Shown: positions 44,101-54,646 of the stretch, piece by piece
Position numbering within the stretch: position 1 is the stretch's first letter
How the letters are laid out: the number at the start of each line of letters is the position of its first letter
From: Chrysomallon squamiferum
Lineage: Eukaryota; Animalia; Mollusca
DNA: 64,000 nt
Reading direction: 5' to 3'
NCBI GenBank assembly: GCA_012295275.1
Contig: CM022671.1
Coordinates: 35,340,001-35,404,000 of the forward strand
The notes under the pieces: model-generated
Seen by the model: only the letters and a program-made list of their open reading frames with translations
Told to the model about the DNA's origin: nothing
Database searches by the model: none
Made by a program: the position numbers and the translations under genes

Positions 44101-44669
44101 TTCCAAATTCAGCACTTTTTTATTTTGTTTCATTTTATTTTATTTGTAGTATTAGCTGTATTTTAGTTTACTGTTCGGAACTTGAAACAGCAATATTTGG
44201 TTAAAATTACTCATACTGCAGTGCTGGCAATATTATCAGCAATATTACTGTACTCAATTTGCAATATTCTGTGTATTGCTAGCACAGTATCAGAATTCAA
44301 TATGCTGATATCATGCAACAGTTCTTAGTTGCAATAATTGTGAAGTCAGCAATATTACATCAATACTGACTTTGTTTATTTATACTTTAGTAAGCTTTTG
44401 GCAGTATTTAATTTATTTATATGAAAACAAAAAGTGGTTCAGCTAACATGTTCTGTTGATTCTGAGGTAAAACTGGAAAGGTTGAGTTTTCTGCTATCAG
44501 ACCTTCTTTGGGGAGTTCAGTTTGGTGTTTACACAAATATTTCATTATTGATATCTCTTCTTCATTGATATGTGTCAGGTTATTTATTAGAAAAACAAAC
44601 AATAAATAAAAAAATATATATATATATAACTATATGTGTACTTCTTGTCAATGTATATTATATACTCTG

Positions 44670-44806
44670 TATATGTGTGTGTGTGTGTCTGTGTGTATAT
44701 CTATGCATGTGATTGTCTGCTTGTCTGTCTGTGTGTCTCCTCTGTGTGTGTGTGTGTGTGTGTATATCTATGCATGTGATTGTCTGCTTGTCTGTCTGTG
44801 TGTCTC

Positions 44807-44843
<37 letters not shown>

Positions 44844-44951
44844 ATCTATGCATGTGTTTGTCTGCTTGTCTGTCTGTTGTCTGTGTGTGTTGTGTGTGTC
44901 TGTGTATATCTATGCATCTGTTTGTCTGCTTGTCTGTTTGTGTGTCTCCTC

Positions 44952-44986
<35 letters not shown>
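44670..44986. repeat. Compound minisatellite: (TG)n spacers plus TATATCTATGCATGTGATTGTCTGCTTGTCTGTCTG core, 4 copies
   Basis: Core recurs at about 44696, 44763, 44841 and 44905. Confidence 0.9.
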
Positions 44987-44987
<1 letters not shown>

Positions 44988-45100
44988 TGGCAGCTACTGA
45001 AGACTGATTGTAAAAGGTGTATTTTCAAAGAACAGTTGTTCTGTGTATTTCACTGTTTTATTAATGAGTCTGGCACACTCTACCTGGTTGGAATGTCAAG

Positions 45101-45163
45101 ATGATATTACAGCAGAGATCTCACCTCACGCAGAGACAGCTGCTGTTTTATCAGCGTCTGCAG
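45101..45163 (+). CDS. Weak candidate alternative first exon: MILQQRSHLTQRQLLFYQRLQ (phase 0)
   Basis: Unique GC-richer patch between two microsatellite fields. ATG to CAG|gttaca is in phase 0, but the donor is weak. Confidence 0.3.
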
Positions 45164-46584
45164 GTTACACAGGCTCCTCTTACTGTCTTTTACTGTTATT
45201 ATTTTATCTGTTTGTTTTTTAATTGTTATCGTTATTTGGATTATTATCATTCTCATTTTTACTTTATTTTATTATTATTATTATTACTTTGATTTTATTT
45301 TATTATTTTATTATTCTTCTTATTATTTTATTATCATTTCTTATTATTATTATTATCATTATCATTGTTGTTATTATTGTTATTATCATTATCGTTATTG
45401 TTATCGTTATTATTGTTATTATTGTTGTTATTATTATTATTATTATTATCATTCACATGCAAAGTATGGACTAATTAGCAATAATAAAATTTGAAAAACC
45501 AGAGGCATGCTATTTAATGAACATCGTTCTTGCACATTTTTCAAATATGCACATCAAACGCATATTTAAGTCATCAAAATGATAATTTCTTACTGACAAA
45601 TAATAACAAAAAAAATAATTAACTGTGAAATTTTGTTTTTATTAATTTCTTTAAGGGATGGAAAAAAAGGCCCAAAATCAAATTCAGTGTTGACTTGTTG
45701 AAACATTAATAGACATTGAGTGTGAGCTGTAATATTTTATATCTGGTTGCTTTTATGTTAAAGTGTTAAATTGAAATAGAAATTTTATTAATGTTTGAAA
45801 AAATCAGACTGTTGACAGAAAGAAAGCAGTGATAAAACTGAAGATTTCTCTTAAGCTGCATGTGAATATTATTAACAAAACAGCAAATAGTTTAAATAAA
45901 AAGAAAAAAAAAAAAAGAATATGATTTTCATTTTAAAATTTTTTTAAATTAATATGTGGACATGAACTTGATAAATATTCAGGTTCACTGAAGTAGTGTG
46001 AATGGTTTCACTGCAAAGTACTCTATGAAGCCTGAAATGGCTTGCAACACTTATAAAGCAGTTTTGAGACTCAAACTGCTACAAGTGTCAAAAACACTCA
46101 AAATCAGTTTATAGCTAATCTCTGAACATGAGTCACTGTGTGTGTGGTGTATCTACAGTCACATGTCCTGTACTGGATTACTCCACCACTTTTCACTTCG
46201 ATTTGTTGTATGTCTTTTTATGTAAGACGCAGCTAAATTACATTACTGTAATCAGTTCTGTCTAAATCTCTAACCTTATTAATGCATTTTCAAGTATTTT
46301 GGGGTTTATGTTTCTTTCTTCTTTTTTTTTTTTTTTTTTTAAATTTTTTTGGTCCTTATATGTAATGGTATATCATATTAAATACACACTTTGATACAAC
46401 AAATGCAGTTTTATATTATCTATCTATCTATCTATATAAATGTTCCTGCATCACACAAATACATTCTTTATTGTTAGACTTTTCCTGTGGTAAAACCAGT
46501 TTGTGCTGTAGTCTTTTTTCCAGCATCTCTGTATATTACAATGCATCAGATATCTTGTGTCTGTTTATATGTTAGCTGTCCATG

Positions 46585-46932
46585 CATGTTGTATTTTCAT
46601 GTTTTCTAGTTATAACTTCAGCTATATGATATTAATTTTGTTATGCCTTCTTGGTTTAACTGCTTATGATAAAGTTACAAATATTTATTATACTGCATTA
46701 GTAACATTGTTATCTCAACTGTAGTTTTTACTTATGTTTTCTCACTATAACTTCAGCTATGTAATATTAATTTTTTATTCCCTCCTAGCTGTGACTATAT
46801 TTATTATATTGCATTAGCAACACTGATGTCCCAACCGTAGTTTTACATGTGCCTTCTCACTGTAACATCAGCTGTGTAATATTAATTTTTTCTTGCCTCC
46901 TGGCAGTGAGTATACATGTTATATTGTATTAG
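46585..46932. repeat. Degenerate triplication of an approximately 115-135-bp unit
   Basis: TrTAACwTCAGCTrTrTrATATTAATTTT occurs at about 46612, 46747 and 46861. Confidence 0.8.
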
Positions 46933-47298
46933 CCAGAGTCAGAACAGAGAGCTGTGATAGACCTGTCTGTCATGTATCGGCAGTCTCCCATCCTAATTGA
47001 CACACACAGATTTACTTCTGATGCATGTCACTCTTTGCTCGCCATAATTTTTAATTGATTCCTTCTTTGCTGCTGTGAACTGGATATATATGAACTGAGA
47101 GTGGGATTTTGAAATATAAATAACCACCTTGTAGATATATATATAATACTGGTACAAGAGTCGTGATGCTATGATGTAAAAAAATAATTTTTTAAAAATT
47201 AAAAAAATTACACTGACGTAAAAAATACCAGTGATCTGGATATAACTGACTCTATGGATGTGACTTGACATCGTCTTCATCGTCGCTACTCAATGTGA

Positions 47299-47424
47299 AT
47301 GTTGTCGATGGTTGTCATATTTCAAATGGACGTGGGCCGGCATCTGTTTGTTCTTCATCTTCACGTCGAGGTGCTGAGGATAATCAACATTGTCTGGTGT
47401 CAGTTCAGAGACTTCCGCTTCAAG
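47299..47424 (+). CDS. Candidate alternative first exon: MLSMVVIFQMDVGRHLFVLHLHVEVLRIINIVWCQFRDFRFK (phase 0)
   Basis: CpG-rich island with three in-frame ATGs (47299, 47308, 47326) after an in-frame TGA, ending at AAG|gtaaac. Composition changes abruptly to a tandem repeat after the donor. Confidence 0.5.
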
Positions 47425-47429
47425 GTAAA

Positions 47430-47672
47430 CACAGGTGTTAAAATCTTATTTTGCAGGTGTTAAAATGTTTAACAATTTCTTTTGTAAATGTTGAAATGTT
47501 CTTGTACACAGTAAAATGCCCGTTAAAAGCAGCTAAAATATATTCTCACAAATGTTAAATGTTCTTTCACAAGGGTTATACAGTCTCTCACAGGTGTTAA
47601 AAATGTTCTCTCACAGGTGTTAAAAATGTTCTCTCACAGGTGTTAAAAATGTTCTCTCATAGATGTTTAAAA
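47430..47672. repeat. Approximately 23-bp tandem repeat (CACAGGTGTTAAAAATGTTCTCT) starting immediately after the 47424 donor
   Basis: Three near-perfect copies at 47588-47660 and decayed copies from 47430. Confidence 0.85.
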
Positions 47673-48654
47673 CACTATTTTGTTACAATACAACTAAAAG
47701 ATATTAGTACTTTGGTAACAACAGGTATTTTCTTTTAAAACACTTCAGAAACTGATAATTTTCATTACATTTATTTATTTAAAAAACAAAGTGTTACCAC
47801 TTTTCTGTCAGAGATAAATAAATTATTGACTTATTTTTACACATTTTGTTTAAAACAATTGTTTCAGAAACACACCTTGTATTAATCTACAGGTAACTAA
47901 AGTTTCACATTTATTAATACAGCAGAATAACTGTAAAGGTATTCTTTCACACCTGAATATATTTCTTAAATAATTCTATTTAGTCATGAAATACACTTTT
48001 ATAAGTCTTTCAGAGATTTTCCTTGTATGTGCCATAGTATTCCTGATATTAACCGTAACTGGTTATATTTCTTCTAACATATGTGTAATCACAGGTGTGA
48101 TATTCCTGTGATATAAAATCAAACACCTGTCAGTCTAACTTACGTGTTCATCTGCTTACTTACCTGTATGTTGTAGTGACACTTAATATTATTAAGGAAA
48201 TATTAATCTTGTAAACATATTCATATTTTCATTACAGAATAGAGAAAATTTGTATTTTATTTATTTATAAATTTATCATAAGCAGTTACATTTGTGTTTT
48301 TTTATGTGTGTGTCAGTGTGTGTGTGTGTGTGTGTATGTGTTGGGTGTGAAATAAATAAATATTCCATTATGTTTTGCACTACTATTTAAGGAAAATAAA
48401 ACAGTACTGATTTTTTTTATTTGCATTCAGTGATATAAGATAGGATTTATATGATAAAGTCTGTTATTGTGAAATGTATGATGTACTCCTACTGGTTAAC
48501 AAAAAGGAATCTTTCATATGGACTTTCCCATAAACAGAATAAATAAATAATTAATTATATCTGAAGACATTTTAGTCTTACTTACTGCTGTGTCAGTCAG
48601 TATTTACTGATATCAGTGAGACATACTGATGAAAGTCAAATAAACTGTTTACTG

Positions 48655-48894
48655 TTTAGCAGGAAGGATTCTTTTATATATGTTATCCCATAGACAGGAA
48701 AAAAACATACCACAGTGTTTGATAAACCAGTCATTAAACACAGGCTGGAGGTAAAACCAGCCATGCATAGCAGGAAATTATATATGGAAAGTCATGGAGC
48801 AGTATCTGGATTGGGAAATGTGTTAATGAGATTAGTGAGGATGACTGATCTTGCATCCGATTACTTCAGTTGAGTACTCTACAACTGACCTACA
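48655..48894 (-). mobile_element. Degenerate tRNA-derived SINE
   Basis: The minus strand begins TGTAGGTCAGTTGTAGAGTACTCA, a tRNA A-box-like head. The body on + (GGATTCTTTTATATATGTTATCCCATAGACAGG...CATACCACAG) resembles 34940-34960 and a gastropod SINE recalled from memory. Confidence 0.55.
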
Positions 48895-50326
48895 GTCTGC
48901 TACAGAATGACTATGTCACGTCAAAAACCAGCATGATTAACTAATACCAGCCTGTATCTAACTACCAGATGTACAGATAAGAGTGTGTGAATTAAAATAG
49001 TTTTTTTGATTTTTACCAATAGTTCTATATTGCATGTATGAACCCTCATGACAGTCATATTAATAATGTAAGTTAAAAATAGTTATAACTGAATGAGAGA
49101 AAGAGGCCTGTATTTCATGTGTGCAATTCTGGGAACAATAGGTTATACAGGATTGGTTCTGCCACTGATCAATTTCCCAGTCTAAGCAGTACTTCATAAC
49201 TGATGTGTTCTAAGTTCAGTATTGTGCTATGAGTAATATTTGATTCAGAGTTTTGTAGTATTAGCAACATTTGATTCAAAAATGTGTGTGGTTATCAACA
49301 ATGTTTGGTTCAGAATATTTGAAACATCAGCAAGATTTACTTCAGAATTTTTTGTAGTATCAGCAGTAATTCACTGCACCAAGAAATGTACTTTTAATAT
49401 GCTCTTGTGAAGACAGACAAAATGTCAGAGAAAAAACCCAGCATAATTTAATAAGTCTGTCTTTTATAGTGTGACATAAAAATAACCTCGATATTTTTGT
49501 ACAGAAAGTTAACAAGCAGACACTGTTTTTAGACTCTTGTCTTTAAAATTTAGAAAATATTCACAAATTAACACAAAAAATAAAATAATAAGAATTTATG
49601 TCAGGTTTTTCTGGGATTTCTTAATTTTTAAATTTTTGTTTTCTGGTACTTTTTTTTCTGGGATTTCTTAACTGTAATAATTATTTTTAAAGAGATCTGG
49701 ATAGGTTTTGAAGGGCAATTTTTTTTTCTTTGGTATTATAATTTGTTTTGTAGTTCTATTATTTTTATTCTTTTAATTCTTTTTTTTTTTTTTTTTTTTA
49801 ATTATAATCAAATAATATAAAAAATAAATAAATAATAATAATAAAAAATATATATATATCATACATATATATATATATATTAAAAAAAATAAAATAAAAT
49901 AAAAACAGTTAACACAGATGAAAATACAATATGGTTCAACACAAATATGTTTTATATTTCTCGTTTATGTTGCTATTTTCAAACTAATTTGTACACATAT
50001 ACAAAACGACAGGTTAAAAATACCTGTGTTATTTTTACACATACTGTATGGCTGACAGAGGCCTGTGGCTGTTTGTGAGAGAGAAAAACATGGCTCTCCT
50101 GTTATTCACTGTCAGAGGTGTGTAAAGTTAGCCAGCATCCGCTGGAGACAATGAAAGCAATCTGCAGAGCAGAAGGAACAATTACTCGTATCAACCCTTC
50201 TGACTACAAAGCAGATAAAAAGACTGTCGACCATTGAGCTAATAAGAGAAAATATGTTAGTACTGGAGTCTTTGTTAGCTTCATAACGAGAAAGATGTGT
50301 TTGAAAATTTGATTAGTGGTGGTGGT

Positions 50327-50365
<39 letters not shown>

Positions 50366-51741
50366 TAATAATAATTGTAATATCAGTAATAATAATAATA
50401 ATAATAATTGTAATAACAGTAATAATAATAATAATAATTGTAATAACAGTAATAATAATAATTAATAATAATTTAATAATAATGATAATAATAATAATAA
50501 TTGTAATAACAGTAGTAATAACAAGAAGAAGAAGTAAAAGAAAAACACTAAAATTAATAGCATTAATACTTACATAAAGTATGAGAAATAAAACATAAAA
50601 GAAACATAAAATTTCCTTCATGAACTAATAATACATATATGTACACTTAAATCCTTATCATGTATATCTTTTCCTCTTTCTTTTTAACCTTTCCATTATT
50701 CTTTCACTCTCTGCCTATCTCTCTCTCTCTGTGTCTCTCTATCTCTGTGTCTATCTCTGTCTCTCTGTCTCTCTCACAGACATATCATATTCCTACTTTA
50801 TGTTTATAAAATTTTCTATAACTAATTTAACAAGCCAAACCTCAACATGAAACAAGCCCTGCAGTAATGATTTAGCAAAAGTAAAAGTTAAAAAAAAAAA
50901 AAAAAAAGACGAAAACCCCATTATAACAATTGCCTAAAGTCAAGCAACTTAATAACTTCAACAACAACAAAAAAAAAATATCTTCTTCATATAATTACCT
51001 CATTTAAGAACACAGAAGAGAAACTTGATGTGAGAAAAAAAACGAGTTATGCAATGATGAACTTGGTTTCACAGTGCAAGCCTTTCTTACTTCATTAGCG
51101 CTGACCTCTGCTTGTTCTGCCTGACCCAGTGCAAGGTGTTAATTTCTGTGCGTAAGGCCATTTCAAGTTTTTTCTTTGTTACATGGCTGGGTCTGAGGAC
51201 AAGCCACTGAGATTGTTTGGTTTGAAGGTTTTGGTGATTAGCACTCCCAGATCTTGACACCTGCTCCAATAACCTGTCATACCTTTGTGATAATCACAGG
51301 TAATAGATCACAGAAACACACTGGAAATTTGGACCATTGGTTTTTTTGGATCCTGATGTAACAGTCATTATCATTTATTTGGATTTTTGTATCAGTTTCT
51401 TCATGGCTTCCTTAAAATGTTTGGATCAAAACATTCCAAATTCTTATTCCTTTGGATTGTTATATGTTGAATTCTTATTGGTTTGGATCTAAATCTGCTA
51501 AATTCTTATCCTTTTGAATCTTTAAGGATTCATTTGTTACTCATGAGAATCTTTATAAGGTTCATTTGTGACTCATCAAATCCTTAAAGCTTCATTTATT
51601 ATTCTGCTGAGACTTTAAAATGTTATTTGTTGCCCATCAGAACCATAAGGGATTCATTTTGTTACTCATCTGGATTTTAAAGGTTTTATTTTTTGCCTGT
51701 TTGTTACTGTCTGAGAGTGTTCCTGGCAATGTTCTAGTTAA

Positions 51742-51837
51742 ATGGGTGCACTGAACTGTTCCCAGGACAGAGTCGGCAGCCGACATTTTGAGTCGACCTA
51801 CGACCAGCTGCTGCTCGCCCCCCTACCCCTGTCACTA
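51742..51837 (+). CDS. Candidate alternative first coding exon: MGALNCSQDRVGSRHFESTYDQLLLAPLPLSL (phase 0, joins 53235)
   Basis: In-frame TAA immediately before the ATG, +4 G, 32 open codons in a GC/CpG-rich island, ending at CTA|gtaagt. Phase is compatible with the exon 1.4 kb downstream. Confidence 0.7.
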
Positions 51838-52044
51838 GTAAGTGTATGACAAGTTTGTTACAATGTTTATAAAGGTTTAACCAAAGTTTAGTAATGATTT
51901 CCTTCAGCTGTGTTTATAACATTAATCTAACACTGGTGTATATCTGTAGTTGTACAAACATTTGTTACTTTAACTATAACTTGTGTTACAGTGTTACTTC
52001 TTTGTGTTAGTTTAATTACATCACCTAAGCGTTTTACAGTACAT

Positions 52045-52132
<88 letters not shown>

Positions 52133-52475
52133 TCCTACATATCATAAATTTTGCAATTCATTATAAAATAAATTTATATAAACATCTGTTAAAAACTGAA
52201 AAATATTCAATCAGGGACTCCTGTAAACATAAAAGTTTATTCTTCATTTTTCTTTTCAGTTTAATTTATTAATTTATTATTATTATCTTTTAAATTTATT
52301 TTCTTACATAAATTATTTCTTTAATGACATTGATCTTTCTTTCCACTTCACTGATTTTTGTCATGCATTATGAATTTAACCAATAATCCATTTCTCTATT
52401 TTTGGAGAGGGACTGAAAAACTGAAAACTGAATATTATTTGTTTACTCTATCAAAGTATTATACTACATATAATC

Positions 52476-52550
52476 AGTCTCAGTGTGACAGTGGTTAAAT
52501 CATTGATTTCAGTGCAGCAGGTACTTGGTTCACATCCCAGTACCAGCTCC
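52476..52550 (+). mobile_element. tRNA-like SINE head fragment
   Basis: A-box-like TGACAGTGGTTAA and B-box-like GGTTCACATCC about 40 nt apart. No intact cloverleaf. Confidence 0.45.
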
Positions 52551-52766
52551 TCTTGTCACACTGACATTATTTCATTATCTTTAGTAAGAATAAAAAAAAA
52601 TCAAAATCTAAAACTATATATGCCCATGACAAACATGTATGAACATTCACTGTATGTGGATGAATTTCTGAAGATTAATTCTTATGTGTATATTAAAACA
52701 ATAGAATGAAATGAAATAATGTTGATTTTATTTTAATTAATTAATTTATTTAAATATTTATTTATC

Positions 52767-52807
<41 letters not shown>

Positions 52808-52899
52808 TTCTTCATAATTATAAATGATCAGTATGGTACCATTTTTTAATATCACACAAACACACACACACACTGAAACTAAATAGAAAATGTACTACA

Positions 52900-53255
52900 G
52901 TTTTCTGCTTTGTGTATATGTTATGCATTATATTCAAAAACTGTTATAGTTTTTATACTTAATGTATATTTGGTATATACACTGTAAATAAATAAATGTA
53001 ACAGATTATTACAATTACTATGTATATTTTGTACATATTATAGCTATATGAAAAATGTTACACTCACTTTTTATTTTGTATATAACAACATGGTACATTG
53101 TTATACTTACAATATACTTGTATGTATTACTGGCATATGAACATTGTTATACTGTGTATATTTTTATGTATTCCTTGTATTATATGAACAATGTTATACT
53201 TTATCAGTTTATGTGTATTTTGTATGTATTACAGGTAAATGAACAATGTAGCACA
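52900..53255 (+). repeat. Degenerate array derived from the acceptor and start of exon 53235
   Basis: ttgtatgtattactggcatatgaacattgttatac (53118) and ttgtacatattatagctatatgaaaaatgttacac (53029) compared with the real junction ttgtatgtattacag|gtaaatgaacaatgtagcac. Confidence 0.7.
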
Positions 53256-53357
53256 CTAAGAGTAAGCCTAGCTGAGGCTCAACAGGAGAGAGAACTAGCT
53301 CGCAATGAAGTTTCCAGTTTACACTATAAAATCAACAGTCTAGAAAACCTAGTCAAA
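53235..53357 (+). CDS. RIMBP2: Internal coding exon (0/0): VNEQCSTLRVSLAEAQQERELARNEVSSLHYKINSLENLVK
   Basis: Acceptor tgtatgtattacag| and donor AAA|gtaagt. 123 nt, continues the coiled coil after a 29.0-kb intron (24235-53234). Confidence 0.9.
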
Positions 53358-54104
53358 GTAAGTAATTTAAACTACTAGGAAATTTTCAGTCAACATGTTT
53401 AGAGGAATACTGTACAAAAATGGCTTAATCAGATTAAAGTTTAGTCATTGTCTCTTCTGTTTTTTCAGATACAATTTATTTATTGTCTTGTGTATCTGTC
53501 TATTTTTTTTAATATAAACTTACCAATCCATTCAAACAAACATACACATTTATATCCTTACACACACCCCACCCATACACACACAAATACATATGTACAC
53601 AACTACATACCAGCTTAAATTATACAGAAATAAATTTACTGTAATTTAAAAAATTTCATTATTAAAACATATTTCTAATTACAATGATTTATTATTTTAT
53701 TTTTTGAATTGTCTATACAGCTATTGATTTATGCAACGTGTTGTATAAACGAAGGTATTACATAGTTGTTAAGTAATTGTCAGACTGTTCTGATAAAGTC
53801 ATCAAATATGTATGAGACAAGACAAGGATTAGACAAAAATCTCTAGCACTTCCTCAGAGCGTTGTTTGTAAGTGCATCATGTAGAGACACGACTCCACGT
53901 GAGTCTAGAGAATTCTCTCTAAAAGACGTCACACACATTAAAAGATGATATTTTATTTATTGTGGAAGAAATTTAATTGATTTTATTTTATGAAAAACCC
54001 TCTGAATGAAACAGTTCTTCGCTGCTGCAGAGGTTGTTAAAGGAGATGTAATTATGGTGGGCCTGTTGTTTAGAAATTCAATTTAATTGTTATTTTCTTA
54101 TTTA

Positions 54105-54505
54105 CACACAGACATGCACAAATGTACTTTCACGTACATTCAAATACACATACATACACACACACATACACATGCATACATATATACCCACATATGCACT
54201 TTCATACCCTCTCTCAAACATACACACACACATGCAGACATACCGACCCACCCACATACACACACACTCTCTCTCTCATGCACACACACACACATTCTCT
54301 CTCATGCACACACACACACACACACACTCTCTTTCATACACACATATACACAAACTCATACGCACACACACACTCTCTCATACACACACACACACACTCT
54401 CATGCACACACACACACTCTCTCTTATACACACATATATACACACTCATAACACACACACACTCTCACATGCACACACACACACTCTCTTATACACACAT
54501 ATATA

Positions 54506-54538
<33 letters not shown>

Positions 54539-54646
54539 TCTCTCACACACACACACACACACACTCTCTCTCTCATACACACACACACACAACACACTCT
54601 CTCTCACACTCACACACACACACTCTCTCTCTCTCACACACACACA
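54105..54646. repeat. Compound (CA)n/(CT)n microsatellite field
   Basis: Direct inspection. Source of the His/Thr-rich ORFs. Confidence 0.95.

Noticed and set aside
50048-50260. Short ORFs MADRGLWLFVREKNMALLLFTVR and MKAICRAEGTITRINPSDYKADKKTVDH as further first exons
   Set aside because: The first ends at a weak phase-1 donor incompatible with exon 53235, and the second ends in a stop. A non-coding role is not excluded.
52476-52550. Possible tRNA gene
   Set aside because: The A/B-box-like motifs are degenerate and no acceptor or anticodon stems can be formed. Better explained as a SINE head.
53721-53754. AG/GT-bounded 34-nt micro-exon candidate
   Set aside because: Its length is not a multiple of three, so it would frameshift the phase-0 coiled-coil exons. 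There is no other support.
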